Assembly: GCA_965601925.1 (NCBI GenBank)
Contig: OZ271854.1
Coordinates: forward strand, 2,304,001-2,368,000
Direction: 5' to 3'
Source of the DNA: Alkalispirochaeta sp.
GTDB taxonomy: Bacteria > Spirochaetota > Spirochaetia > DSM-27196 > Alkalispirochaetaceae
DNA: 64,000 nt
Made by a program: the position numbers and the translations under genes. A model generated the notes under the pieces. That model searched no databases, had not been told where the DNA came from, and was given only the letters and a program-made list of their open reading frames with translations. Within the stretch, counting starts at the first letter, position 1. Each line of letters opens with the position of its first letter. Positions 10,299 to 20,932 of the stretch are shown here, one piece after another.

Positions 10299-11480
10299 CT
10301 ACAAGATACGCGCGCTAAAAATCGTTACGTCGTCTCGAAAAACCGGAGCGTGCCCGGTACCGTGCACGATCGAAACGGCCGTAAGCAGACGGTCGACCGT
10401 CTTGAGAAAGTCGGCCGAACGGGCGGCGCGACTGAACACCGAACGCAGAAACGGTTTCGGGGTGACGTCGCCGCCGGCAACGTCCCACAAGCCGTCGGTG
10501 AACATAACCACGCGATCTCCCGGTGATATCGAGAGTCGAATCTCCTCCAGGTCGGACAAGACGTTGAATCCCATCGCCGTACCGTGGGGAGACCAGAGCT
10601 CGCACTGTTCGTCGCGGATCGTACACACCGGGGAGTGGCCGGCGCTGGCGATGACGATCTCTTCGGATTTCGTGTCGAGGAGCACCGCCGCTAAGGAGAT
10701 CAGTACGTCGGAGTAGTTGTTCAGCTCCACGAACATCGAACGGCTTAGCGCCTCTAAGAACTGAGCTGGCGAGTGCGATGTTCCGCTCTGCTCTCGAGCT
10801 ATACGTCCCGACAGGAGCTTGAGTATGCCGGTGATGAATGCCGGCTTTACGCCGTGTCCCGATACGTCCCCGAGGAGGAGAAGATGGCGATCTTCGTCGA
10901 GAGGGATAACGTCGTAGTAGTCGCCGCTGCAGTACAGACCTTCAACCGGTCGGTACGCAACGTCGACCGCGATACCGGCGTTCTCCAGATCGGGAATTTT
11001 GAGAAGTCGACGCTGAAACTCGCCCGCCGCCTTGAGTTGTTGCTCGATCTCTTTGAGATAGCGACGACTGTTTCGTTTGGCGGTCACCGCCTCCAGCGTC
11101 TTGTCTATTTCCTGCACGAGTTGGGCCGGTTTCCACGGCTTCAGGACGAATGAGGAAATCGATGAGGCTATCGCATCCCGGATGGCGTCGATATCGGAGT
11201 ACGCGGTCACGAGCATCAGGCCGATCTCGGGATACCGTTTGCTGATTCGCGATAGAAGCTCGTTGCCCTGCATGCCGGGCATTCTGAGATCCGTCACGAC
11301 TGCGAGGACATCCTGGTGTTGGTCCTCGAGGAGCTCAAGGCACTCTTCGGCCGATCCGACCTGTAACGACGCGATATCCTCAAAGCGTGTATAGAGCGTA
11401 AAGTCTCGCCATAGCGCTCTGAGTACCTGCGGCTCGTCATCAACAAAAAAAACTGTGCCTTTGGGCTGTGTCGCTACCAT
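10299..11480 (-). CDS. Response regulator receiver fused to SpoIIE/PP2C-family phosphatase
   Basis: Receiver motifs FVDDE, TDLRMPGM and KPW; PP2C motifs SGDYYD, GDVSGHG, FTDG and DDVT. Confidence 0.93.
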   Translation of the reverse strand: MVATQPKGTVFFVDDEPQVLRALWRDFTLYTRFEDIASLQVGSAEECLELLEDQHQDVLAVVTDLRMPGMQGNELLSRISKRYPEIGLMLVTAYSDIDAIRDAIASSISSFVLKPWKPAQLVQEIDKTLEAVTAKRNSRRYLKEIEQQLKAAGEFQRRLLKIPDLENAGIAVDVAYRPVEGLYCSGDYYDVIPLDEDRHLLLLGDVSGHGVKPAFITGILKLLSGRIAREQSGTSHSPAQFLEALSRSMFVELNNYSDVLISLAAVLLDTKSEEIVIASAGHSPVCTIRDEQCELWSPHGTAMGFNVLSDLEEIRLSISPGDRVVMFTDGLWDVAGGDVTPKPFLRSVFSRAARSADFLKTVDRLLTAVSIVHGTGHAPVFRDDVTIFSARIL

Positions 11481-11623
11481 AATTACCTACAACTATTTTT
11501 ATCAGATATTTTGCGATAGTGAAAGGTAAACATCGATTCGGGATGCGAAAAAAGCATTTTCGCGGCTCGTATTTCCGTCGATCCGTATACCGGAATCGCA
11601 ATATGTCCCATACTCTTGTCAAT

Positions 11624-12787
11624 ATGGCGATTACGTCGGTATACGCCAAGACGATTCTTCGCAAACAGAAGCGTATCGAGTCGTGGTTTCTGAGTCGCTA
11701 CGGCATGAACCTCTACCGCGGTTGTGTCCACGATTGTATCTATTGCGACGGTCGCGCCGAGACGTATCGCGTCGACGGCAATTTCGGCCGTGACATACAG
11801 ATAAAAGAGAACGCGCCGGACGTGTTGGCCCGCGAACTCGATTCCACGCGGCGGCGGAGTCCGCTGCCGCGCGGACTCATGTTTCTCGGCGGCGGCGTGG
11901 CGGATTCCTATCAATCCCTCGAACGGCGATATCGCGTTACTCGTCGCGTACTGACGATCCTGCGGGATCGTCGCCTACCGGTGCACGTCCTCACGAAATC
12001 GACCCTCGTCGAGCGGGATATCGACCTCTTGAAAGCGATTAACGCCGATACCCGTGCAGTGGTGAGCTTCAGTTTTTCAACGGTGGACGACCGTACGGCG
12101 CGGTTCCTGGAGCCGGGTGTACCACCCCCGTCGGAACGGTTGGCCTCCATTCGTCGATTCTCGGCCGCGGGTCTGCCGTGCGGAGTCTATCTTCTGCCCA
12201 TCGTGCCGTTCTTTTCCGACGAGGGCGGTAAGATCGAGGAGTCGTTCGCCGCGTTTCGTGAAGCAGGCGCCTCGTTCGTCGTGACCGGCGGGCTCACCCT
12301 CAAGGAAGGGCGTCAGAAGGACCATTTTCTGACGGCGTTGCGACGCCGACGGCCGGATGTGATCCCGGCGTATCTCGATCTCTACCCCGCCGAGGCGGCG
12401 CGTCCGTACGGAGAGGCGGTCGGTGATCGAGACGGGACGATCGCCCCGCGAATCCTGGCCGCCTCCGAACGCTACCGACTACCGCTGTTTCCTCCGGTCT
12501 CGATCGTCGGGCGCTGCATAAGCGAGAACGACCGCGTGGTGGCGATCCTCGATCAGATCGGATCACTCCTGCGTCTCCGGGGTGTGACCTCGCCGTTCGG
12601 ATACGCGGCGCATTGCGTCGCGGCTTTCTCCGGTTCAAGCGGCGCGCAAGAACCGCTACCGCGCGGTATCGCGGCGCTGTGCGAGATTCCGGGGGTCGGC
12701 ACGGCGACCGCGCGCTTGATTCTGGACATCCTCAAGACCGGCTCGGTGCGACGCTACGACGAGCTGTTGCGTCCCTGGGCGCGGTGA
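11624..12787 (+). CDS. Radical SAM protein (spore-photoproduct-lyase-like family) with C-terminal helix-hairpin-helix
   Basis: CxxxCxxC (GCVHDCIYC), DSYQ, LTKS and C-terminal IPGVG HhH motif. Start inferred at ATG 11624 rather than 11519. Confidence 0.85.
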   Translation: MAITSVYAKTILRKQKRIESWFLSRYGMNLYRGCVHDCIYCDGRAETYRVDGNFGRDIQIKENAPDVLARELDSTRRRSPLPRGLMFLGGGVADSYQSLERRYRVTRRVLTILRDRRLPVHVLTKSTLVERDIDLLKAINADTRAVVSFSFSTVDDRTARFLEPGVPPPSERLASIRRFSAAGLPCGVYLLPIVPFFSDEGGKIEESFAAFREAGASFVVTGGLTLKEGRQKDHFLTALRRRRPDVIPAYLDLYPAEAARPYGEAVGDRDGTIAPRILAASERYRLPLFPPVSIVGRCISENDRVVAILDQIGSLLRLRGVTSPFGYAAHCVAAFSGSSGAQEPLPRGIAALCEIPGVGTATARLILDILKTGSVRRYDELLRPWAR

Positions 12788-12826
12788 AAGTGGCAAAGGG
12801 AGGGGCGTTTGCATTAACTATGAAGT

Positions 12827-15097
12827 ATGCGAGGTCTTCACGCATTGCGCCTACGCGCTCGAATCTTCATAATCGTTGCGATTCCGGTAGCGGGACTGCT
12901 CTATTTTGCGGCAAACGGTCTCATTGCTCGCGTCCGGCAGACCCGAGACGTTGCGGCCGTTTCCAGTTTGGTCGATTTTTCCATCCACGTAAGCTCTCTT
13001 CTTCACGAAACTCAGCGGGAGCGGGGAATGACGTCCGGTTTTCTCGGAAGCGAAGCGCGTCAGTTCGGCCCTGAGCTCCTCTCCCAGCGGACGCGCACCG
13101 ACAACCGCATCGAGGAGATACGCGATGTTATCTCGACGTTCTCGGCGCAAGACGACGCGACGTTCCTCGACGACTGGTCCGCAATCGATGAGGAGTTGGC
13201 GCGTATCGATACGGTCCGTCGGCGCGTAGACGACCTCGATATTCCGACGGCCGATGCGATAGGGTATTACACCGATCTTAACACCCGCATGCTCAATGTC
13301 ATCATGGAGCTCGAACGACTCAGCACCGACGTCGGGCTCACGACCCGCGCCGTGGCGTACGTCGGACTTCTCCAGGGAAAGGAGCGGGCCGGAATCGAAC
13401 GAGCGCTCCTCAGCAACGCCTTCGCCGCCGACCGATTTTCTCCGGGTCTGTTCATTCGGTTCAACTCATTGGTTACCGAGCAGGAACTCTTTTTTCATAC
13501 CTTCGAGTTCTTTGCTACCGACGAGCATCGACAGCTATACGGGGCGGCTATGTCGGGCGAAGCGGCGCGGGAGGTCGAGCGGCTGCGACGTATCGCAAAC
13601 CAAGCGGATGTGCGCGATACGATCATCTCCGAACTTGTCACCGCCATCGGATACGGCGGCATCATCCACGATTTTAAGAATTACGTGATTCGGGGAACGG
13701 AGCGTTACATCGACGAAGTCGTCGTGGGCTACGAGAGCGTAGCGGGGTTGATAGCGGCGTATCGCGCCCTTCCCGACGTATCGCGGGAGGCCGTAGAGAA
13801 GCTCGACGTCGTTCTGGAGACCATGGCCGCCTATCGGAGCAATGTCGACCGCGCGGTTGCGCTTCGTACCGGCGACGGCGATGTAGCCGCCGTGGACGCT
13901 GCGGTCGCGGTAAACGACGGCCCGGCGATCGCCGCCCTGAATGAGCTGTCGCTGGAAGATAACTTCGACGTGGATCCCACTTACTGGTTTGCCGTCGCGA
14001 CCGAACGGATTAACCTTCTCAAGGATGTCGAGGATGAGCTCGCCCGCGATATGGCCGAGTTTGCGACCTCTCTCAGGCGAGATGCGGAGAGACAGACCGT
14101 TCTGTTCGGCGTCTTGTCGGTACTCTTTCTCAGTTTGACCATCGTCCTCGCCGGGACCTCGGCGCGCCGTATCATCGTCCAAGTCGGCGGAGAGCCGAGC
14201 GATGTGATGGCCTACATGGCACGGGTTGCCGGGGGCGATCTCTCGAATACGCTGGTGTCCACAGGCTCTTCCGCCACCGGAATCCGCGCAAGCGCTCAGG
14301 AGATGGTCGTGCATCTCCGGTCTACCATCTCCTCGACATCCACGGCCGCGGGGTTGGTGAGCGCCGGAAGCGGTGAGCTTTCGGATATTTCGCAGCAGAT
14401 GTCCACCGACGCGACGAAACAGGCCGCCGGAGTAGAGGAGATTTCCGCGTCGATGGAAGAGATGAACGCATCGATTCAACAGAACGCCGATAACGCCGCG
14501 GAGACCGATCGGATGGCAAAACGGGCGGCCGAGGACGCCCGAGTCGGCGGTGAGTCGGTCAGAAAGACGGTCGACGCTATGCGGCGGATCTCCGAGCGAA
14601 TCACCATCGTTGAGGAGATCGCCCGCAGTACCGGTCTTCTGGCGCTCAACGCGGCGATCGAGGCGGCGCGCGCCGGCGAAGAGGGTAAAGGATTCGCGGT
14701 GGTCGCCGCGGAGGTACGCAAACTCGCCGAGCGGAGTCAGAACGCCGCCTCGGAGATTAACGAACTGTCGACGAACAGCGTCGAGGTCGCCGAGGAGGCG
14801 GGAGCGCTTCTCACGGCCTTGATCCCCTCTATCGAGCGCACGGCGGAGCTTGTGCAGGAGATTTCGGCGGCGAGCGCCGAACAGCGCTCGGGTACGCAGG
14901 CGGTAAACAGCGCGATTCAGCATTTCGACGGCGCAGTCCAGCAGTACGCCGCACAATCGGAAAAGATGGCCGCTATGGCCGCGGAACTCTCCTCGCAATC
15001 GCGGGTCTTGGAGGAGACGATTTCGTTTTTTCGCCTTGAACGGGACGACGTCGGCGAGCCTCCGCTATTGCCCGATTACACCGACGAAGCGATATGA
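12827..15097 (+). CDS. Methyl-accepting chemotaxis protein with NIT (nitrate/nitrite-sensing) domain interrupted by a second sensor domain
   Basis: NIT motifs [17 protein letters not shown] and [17 protein letters not shown]; signalling motif [23 protein letters not shown]. Confidence 0.92.
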   Translation: MRGLHALRLRARIFIIVAIPVAGLLYFAANGLIARVRQTRDVAAVSSLVDFSIHVSSLLHETQRERGMTSGFLGSEARQFGPELLSQRTRTDNRIEEIRDVISTFSAQDDATFLDDWSAIDEELARIDTVRRRVDDLDIPTADAIGYYTDLNTRMLNVIMELERLSTDVGLTTRAVAYVGLLQGKERAGIERALLSNAFAADRFSPGLFIRFNSLVTEQELFFHTFEFFATDEHRQLYGAAMSGEAAREVERLRRIANQADVRDTIISELVTAIGYGGIIHDFKNYVIRGTERYIDEVVVGYESVAGLIAAYRALPDVSREAVEKLDVVLETMAAYRSNVDRAVALRTGDGDVAAVDAAVAVNDGPAIAALNELSLEDNFDVDPTYWFAVATERINLLKDVEDELARDMAEFATSLRRDAERQTVLFGVLSVLFLSLTIVLAGTSARRIIVQVGGEPSDVMAYMARVAGGDLSNTLVSTGSSATGIRASAQEMVVHLRSTISSTSTAAGLVSAGSGELSDISQQMSTDATKQAAGVEEISASMEEMNASIQQNADNAAETDRMAKRAAEDARVGGESVRKTVDAMRRISERITIVEEIARSTGLLALNAAIEAARAGEEGKGFAVVAAEVRKLAERSQNAASEINELSTNSVEVAEEAGALLTALIPSIERTAELVQEISAASAEQRSGTQAVNSAIQHFDGAVQQYAAQSEKMAAMAAELSSQSRVLEETISFFRLERDDVGEPPLLPDYTDEAI

Positions 15098-15132
15098 CGC
15101 CCCCGGGGCCGAGCGCACCGACTCGTTTTGGG

Positions 15133-16281
15133 CTACCTGCCGCCTCGCATCGTCAACATGCGCACCGTACCCTGCAACTCCTGGATTTTCTTTCTTTGGG
15201 CGGCCAACACTTGGATGAACTCCTCCGCATCGGTGGCCGACGGCTCGGTTGCGGTCGAGCCGGCGCGCGCGTTGTTCAGCTCCGCCTCGTCATACTGGAG
15301 CTCGATGCGCGTCAGCTCGTATGAGTCCTCGTACAAGCTGCGCTCCAGCGCGAGGGTCGGAAACTCGGGGGATTGAACGATCTTCTGCGCGAGTCGATCG
15401 ATTTGGATCGCAAAAACCCCCGTCGGTTCGGCGACTATCATGGGCTGCGCGACGCGATAGCTCGCAGCCAAACGCTCGTCGAACATGACCGCTCCCAGAG
15501 ACTGCAAATACACATCCAAATTTTTCGATACGAGCTCTCGTAGACTCTCGGCGATGTTGAGGTCGTCGGTGCTGCGGGCGAGATTAAGCACCATGCTGGG
15601 CTGAAGAAGGTTCACGTAACGGCGCGCCTTGTCCGCGGCCTCCTGGTCGAGTCCTCGGATACCGTCGATGACCGACGCGACGCGTACCGGCTGTCCGGGC
15701 CGCACCTCGCGAATCTCCTTGCGAAGGTAGCGCGCTATCTCCGGTTGCTTCGCAAAGGCGCGGAAGAAAAAGCGGAATACCATGTTCTTGAGAAAACTGT
15801 ACGCGTTGAGCACGGCGCCTACATGGGGCGAACTCACGACGATCCCGGAGTTGGAGACGAGAAAAAAGTCCACCACGTTATTGGATGCACCGGAACCGAG
15901 GTCGAGAAGCACGTAGTCCGCGTCTATGTTTTCGACGTGCTTGAGAAGGCTTCGCTTTTGTCCGTAGGTGATATTGGGCATACCGGCGACCAGCACGTCT
16001 CCGGGAACGAAGAAGAGATTTTCGTACGGCGTTGCGGCGATGAGACCCTCGAAAGTTAGTTTGCGATCGGAAAAGAAGTTGCCGAGTCCCGGTTTCTTGT
16101 TTTTGATCGCCAGCGTGGAATGCAGATTGGAACCGCCCAGGTCGAGGTCGATGACGACCGTGCGGTATCCGAGCTGGCCCAGACGTACTCCGAGACCGGC
16201 GCACAACTCGGTCTTCCCGACACCACCCTTACCCCCTGCGATGGGAATAATCTTGCAATGCCGCCGCTGCGTAATGACCAT
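15133..16281 (-). CDS. MinD/FlhG-family P-loop ATPase
   Basis: Deviant Walker A GGKGGVGKT, IDLDLGGSNLH and LLDLGSG; C-terminal helical extension. Confidence 0.85.
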   Translation of the reverse strand: MVITQRRHCKIIPIAGGKGGVGKTELCAGLGVRLGQLGYRTVVIDLDLGGSNLHSTLAIKNKKPGLGNFFSDRKLTFEGLIAATPYENLFFVPGDVLVAGMPNITYGQKRSLLKHVENIDADYVLLDLGSGASNNVVDFFLVSNSGIVVSSPHVGAVLNAYSFLKNMVFRFFFRAFAKQPEIARYLRKEIREVRPGQPVRVASVIDGIRGLDQEAADKARRYVNLLQPSMVLNLARSTDDLNIAESLRELVSKNLDVYLQSLGAVMFDERLAASYRVAQPMIVAEPTGVFAIQIDRLAQKIVQSPEFPTLALERSLYEDSYELTRIELQYDEAELNNARAGSTATEPSATDAEEFIQVLAAQRKKIQELQGTVRMLTMRGGR

Positions 16282-16385
16282 ACAATAGAAAGGATAGCCG
16301 GAATTACGAACGTTGCAAACCGTCCAATTATGATGAAATCTGACGGAACCTATCGATTTGTGATATACTCCGTCGTGGAGTTGTA

Positions 16386-18827
16386 GTGCAAAGGTCTGAT
16401 GCGAAACGGTCGGGAGGACGGGTCTTTCGAATCGATCGAGAGTGCTACATCGTCTATGTAGGCTCCGATCACCACCACGTACGACCCTTTCTGCGGATAG
16501 GAACGTCGCCCGACATTCCCGATCGAATTCGGCAGTACATCGAAACGGTCGTGCTCACCGACAGACTCACCGGCGACCCGACGCAGGAGTCGGCGACGGT
16601 CGGCCCCTCAGTTCCCCGAAAACCGGACTACACGGGCTCACACGAGCTGATTCGCTCGGCAAAGCCCTTTTTTGCCGCCGCGCGCATTTCAGAACGCCCG
16701 ATCGACTCCCAGGGAGCGGATAAGAGCGAAGGGGCATTCGTCGAGTTTTTAACCGACGGAACGCTCAATGTGATGGTCAACGGGCATCGCGTCTTCGATT
16801 TGACGCGGCGCGAGCGCGACGATCGTCACGCCGCCTATCAACTCGATCGCATTGCGCAAACGGTCGAGTCGGCCTCTGGTCGCTACCGCGCCGAGGCGTT
16901 TGAACCGGCCGGCTTTCTCGTGACCGCCGACCGGTCGCTCTTCTTCTTCCGCGACGGCGAGATCGAAGCGCGCGCGTTGCGTCCCAAGGGTATTCGCGCT
17001 CTCGCGGAGCGGTTGGTACCGCTCTCGTTACTTACACACTTCTCAGGCCCCGTCGATCCGGACGGATTTCTTACCATTGCCAAGTGGGCGCTTCGGGCGG
17101 GGGCGACACATACCGCCGCCGACCGAACGATCCGCCTCTACGCCGACGGCACGCTGCCCGGAAAGTTGGCGCCGTTGGTCGAGTTGTTTCGCGCGGCGGG
17201 ACTCTCGGTTGAGGTCGCGTCTGCCGACGCCGCCTTTGCCGAGTTGCCGTCGCCCGCCTCCGGTGCTCCCGGTATCTCATTAGCCGTCGGTCGTACCATC
17301 GAATGGCCCCACACGAGCTCCATCAATGTGCCCGATGAGGCGGAGTGGGCTCACGGCGTCGTACCGCCGCTTTTACCGGGCGTGCCCTACCGGCTTCGCT
17401 CTTCGGTCTCCGAGATCCCCGAGACCGACGGAACGCTCGAGTCGCTGGCGGGTGACGAGCAAAGCGCACAGGGGCGGCTCGCGCGCGGTTTAGCGGCGTG
17501 GAACGAACACGGCGTCGCATCGGTCGATCACGCGGAGTTGGCCCGAGACGTGGAACGGCTCCTCGACGAGGCGCCGATACCCGTTCTCGCCGACGTATAT
17601 CCGACCGATGTGGGATATACCGTGCGATTCATGGTGCAGCACGGGTTCACCCTCGGCGACGTGACCGATAACCGTCGCGCCGTAACGCGTATCGGCGCAA
17701 TAACGTCGGAGGGCGTTGATGAGGCGTTTTTCCTCAGCGAGCGTCGCCGGCTCCTCGACTTCCTCGACGAACTCCTTCGGCAACGCCGAGCAACGGTCCG
17801 TAAAGAGACGCCGCCTCCGTCCAACAAGGACGACGGTTCGAAGGGCGGGAGACCGACCGGAGCCGACACATCCGCCGACTCGGCGGGAGGCGGCGCGCCC
17901 CGGGTAGAGCCCGCGGCGGCGGCTCGCAGCGCGACAACGAGGGGAGTCGGTTCACCCGTCGGAACGACCGCCCCCGGCGCACCCTCGTCGACGTCTCGCC
18001 GCTTCGGACCGGTGCCCGTCGCCGTCGCGGTCGGGCTGTTTCTGCTGCTCGCCGGCGGCGGGGCCTTTTTTTTGCTTCGCGGGCGTACCGTCGGCGAAAC
18101 CGAATCTCCCGGTGCCGTGGCGCTTCGTCCCGCCGACTCCGAATCGGGTTCCGACGGCGGTGTGCGAGAGACCGACCCCACCGTCGGGCCGGGAACGCTC
18201 GTCGACGAGGGCGCTCCCTCGGAGCCGATCGAGAGCGATTCCGTGTCGCGATCCGCCCCCGCTGGGCGAACCGGCGATGATGCGTCTTCAAACGATACGC
18301 CTTCTCGCTCGCAGCCGCGCTCGACCGAGGCTACCGACGCGCAGAACGGAGATCGAGCACGAGTCGCCGACGGCGAACCCGACCCCGACGGTGCGTCCCC
18401 GGCCGTCCTCGCCGCCCCGGAAAATCAACGTAACGAAGCGCCCACCTACGCGTTCGACGTGGAGCTGGAGATAACCGCGCTCGATGTGTTGATCCTGGTA
18501 AACGAGATCGCTCTGCGCAACGGCTACGCGCCCATCGGAGATTTTCAAACCGGCGCGCCGAGCCCCGATTGGATATACCCCGATAACATCTTCGTGTTGC
18601 CCGACGGGGCATCGTATCGAGTCGCGCGAGGCGACACACTCTGGGGAATCGCCTCGACGTTTCTTCGTGAGTCCATGAACCATAATCACACAACGCTCAC
18701 AAATATTGCGCATCGTATCGACCGCGGCGAGCGTCCGATCGATGAGTTGGAGGCGTTAGTTGAGGCGGCCCACATCGAGAGTATAAGGAGGGAAGCGCTG
18801 GAATTGATTCGACAGCTTGAGGTTTGA
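16386..18827 (+). CDS. Bitopic membrane protein with C-terminal LysM-like domain
   Basis: 813 aa with one TM (VAVAVGLFLLLAGGGAFFLL) flanked by low-complexity linkers, and LysM-like YRVARGDTLWGIA. Start position uncertain. Confidence 0.7.
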   Translation: MQRSDAKRSGGRVFRIDRECYIVYVGSDHHHVRPFLRIGTSPDIPDRIRQYIETVVLTDRLTGDPTQESATVGPSVPRKPDYTGSHELIRSAKPFFAAARISERPIDSQGADKSEGAFVEFLTDGTLNVMVNGHRVFDLTRRERDDRHAAYQLDRIAQTVESASGRYRAEAFEPAGFLVTADRSLFFFRDGEIEARALRPKGIRALAERLVPLSLLTHFSGPVDPDGFLTIAKWALRAGATHTAADRTIRLYADGTLPGKLAPLVELFRAAGLSVEVASADAAFAELPSPASGAPGISLAVGRTIEWPHTSSINVPDEAEWAHGVVPPLLPGVPYRLRSSVSEIPETDGTLESLAGDEQSAQGRLARGLAAWNEHGVASVDHAELARDVERLLDEAPIPVLADVYPTDVGYTVRFMVQHGFTLGDVTDNRRAVTRIGAITSEGVDEAFFLSERRRLLDFLDELLRQRRATVRKETPPPSNKDDGSKGGRPTGADTSADSAGGGAPRVEPAAAARSATTRGVGSPVGTTAPGAPSSTSRRFGPVPVAVAVGLFLLLAGGGAFFLLRGRTVGETESPGAVALRPADSESGSDGGVRETDPTVGPGTLVDEGAPSEPIESDSVSRSAPAGRTGDDASSNDTPSRSQPRSTEATDAQNGDRARVADGEPDPDGASPAVLAAPENQRNEAPTYAFDVELEITALDVLILVNEIALRNGYAPIGDFQTGAPSPDWIYPDNIFVLPDGASYRVARGDTLWGIASTFLRESMNHNHTTLTNIAHRIDRGERPIDELEALVEAAHIESIRREALELIRQLEV

Positions 18828-18882
18828 GCATTATTATTTATTTTCGAAGGGCAGAAAGTCGGAAACAGAAAAAAAATAGCCG

Positions 18883-18888
18883 TATAAT
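18883..18888 (+). promoter_or_regulatory. Candidate -10 box of the cfpA promoter
   Basis: Perfect TATAAT in an AT-rich intergenic region; GGGGG RBS before ATG 18930. Confidence 0.45.
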
Positions 18889-18929
18889 TCTTTAGGTGCA
18901 ACCAATGAAGCGATACGAAAGGGGGAATC

Positions 18930-20927
18930 ATGTCTGATCTATCACGCAGTCCAAACGTATTTCACCCGGAGCGCCCCTCCGCGGTCGGTTCGCGAAACAG
19001 CCTTGCGCAGGATGGTCGCGATCAGAAGCATGAATACGATCAACTGATTACCGAAGAGGCCGACAAAGTTTTACAAACGATTCAAACCAAACTTCCCGCC
19101 GAAGTTCTGGAACGTCTCGACGTCATGGGTGGTCTGAAGGAGAAGTTGTATAACTACTTCAACCAGAACTACCAGAACATGTTCAACCGGTACATCACCA
19201 CCACCGAAGACGAGATGGTGAAGAAGATCCGGAACTTCATCGACAAGGAAGAGAACAAAGCGCTCGCGCGGTACACGCCCAAAGAGATCGCCGAAATGCT
19301 CGACCAGATCGCCGGCGCAGACAAGTTCAACACCGGCGAGATCGAGAAGTCGATCGTCAACATGTACGGGCACCTCCAGGGGCACGTACAGCGCGGCATG
19401 AACGACCTGGAGACGCACACCAACTCGCTCTTGCGGCAGAAGACCGACGTCGGCGCCTTTATCCGCGGCGAGAATGCGTATTCGGTCGTCAAGTGCGCCT
19501 TCAAAGACAACATAATGAAGCCCAAGACGGTCAGCGACGCCAAGCTCTCGGTCAACATTCTCGACTCCGAGTTGATCAGCCCGATCTTCCAGTATCAGTC
19601 CACCGTCGAGTATTTGATCAAGGATCAGATCTCGCGCACGATCACCAACATGATCGAGCAGGAGGTCGAGCGCTTTCAGGACGAGCTCATCGACGAAGGA
19701 AAGGAGGAGCTGAGCGACACGGAGATCATCTTCGAGAAGATGAAGCGGGTCACCAACTTCACCGACGACAACCTCGAGGACGAGACCTCCAAGCGCTACT
19801 CTTTTCTCGCCAAAGAGCTTATCGAGAAGATCGAAGGACTCCGCGCCGAGATCGATCCGGCGCAGTTCGATCCCCTCAACATCCGCGAGAACTTGAAGAA
19901 GATCATCGACATGGAGAACATCCGTAACCGCGGCTTCAACACGTCGGTCAACTCGATCACCTCGATTCTCGACACTTCCAAAATGGGCTATCAGTTCGTT
20001 GAGAACCTCAAGAATGCTCGCGAGTTGATCATCCGCGAGTATGAGGACACCGACGCGCGCGAGCTCCCCGACGAGCGCTATCAGATTCGTCTCAAGTACT
20101 ACGATCCGGAGCAGCTCAAGAAGGAGCAGGAAGCCTACGATCTGCAGCTCGAATCATTTCGTCGCGAGATTCAGAATCTGTACGACATCGTCGAGGCGGT
20201 CTACGCCAGCGGCAAGTCGAGTTTCCGTGTGGACGACTTCGAGGATCTGGTTCGCAAGTTCGACAAGCGCGCCAAACGGCGCAAAGAGAGCATGACCTTT
20301 GAGGAGTCGGGCGACCCCTTAGTCGCCGAGCTGCGTCGCACCTGGAACGAGATCGTACGTATCAAGTCCGATATGACCGACGTGGAGAAGCTCAACCAGA
20401 CCTATCTCCACGAGAAGACGCTCTTCCGCAAGATGCTGATGGCCATCTCCGACCGTGTGAAACAGGTTTACGGCTTCCAGAATCCGAAGGAGAGAGTCGT
20501 GCTCGATCAGCGCATCAGCTTCCTGAAGACTCACTTCGAGGAGTTCGAGTACCTGATCAACCCGTATCACGTGCAGCCCGGGCTCCTCTTGGACGTCGAC
20601 ATTACGAGCATCAAGCGGAAGAAGTTCACTCTCAACGGCATGGCCAACGTGCTCAATGAGTTCCTTCATGGAATCTCCAAGGGATTCCAGGACGCCGCGT
20701 TTGCCGCCTTCAAGCGACGCCGCTCCACGGTGCGCGAGGATATCGGCATGAACTTCGAGACGGCCTACGATGAGGAGTCGACGGTCGTGGAGGGCGATCC
20801 GGCGGCGAACGCCAACACCAGCTTTGGCGCTGCGAGCGACAACGGACAGGCGGCGACGGTCAAAGGTCGAGCCGACGTATCGCCCAAGGCGGGTGAGATC
20901 GACGACGACGAGCTACAGGAACTGTAG
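18930..20927 (+). CDS. cfpA: Cytoplasmic filament protein A
   Basis: N-terminus [21 protein letters not shown], coiled-coil body and [21 protein letters not shown] match my recollection of treponemal CfpA; strongly biased codon usage. Confidence 0.9.
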   Translation: MSDLSRSPNVFHPERPSAVGSRNSLAQDGRDQKHEYDQLITEEADKVLQTIQTKLPAEVLERLDVMGGLKEKLYNYFNQNYQNMFNRYITTTEDEMVKKIRNFIDKEENKALARYTPKEIAEMLDQIAGADKFNTGEIEKSIVNMYGHLQGHVQRGMNDLETHTNSLLRQKTDVGAFIRGENAYSVVKCAFKDNIMKPKTVSDAKLSVNILDSELISPIFQYQSTVEYLIKDQISRTITNMIEQEVERFQDELIDEGKEELSDTEIIFEKMKRVTNFTDDNLEDETSKRYSFLAKELIEKIEGLRAEIDPAQFDPLNIRENLKKIIDMENIRNRGFNTSVNSITSILDTSKMGYQFVENLKNARELIIREYEDTDARELPDERYQIRLKYYDPEQLKKEQEAYDLQLESFRREIQNLYDIVEAVYASGKSSFRVDDFEDLVRKFDKRAKRRKESMTFEESGDPLVAELRRTWNEIVRIKSDMTDVEKLNQTYLHEKTLFRKMLMAISDRVKQVYGFQNPKERVVLDQRISFLKTHFEEFEYLINPYHVQPGLLLDVDITSIKRKKFTLNGMANVLNEFLHGISKGFQDAAFAAFKRRRSTVREDIGMNFETAYDEESTVVEGDPAANANTSFGAASDNGQAATVKGRADVSPKAGEIDDDELQEL

Positions 20928-20932
20928 TCGTT

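Noticed and set aside
13535..14998. Long antisense ORFs (also 48032-49924, 44564-45898, 36464-37732, 20765-21874)
   Set aside because: They are antisense shadows of well-supported genes in GC-rich DNA, with no recognisable motifs.
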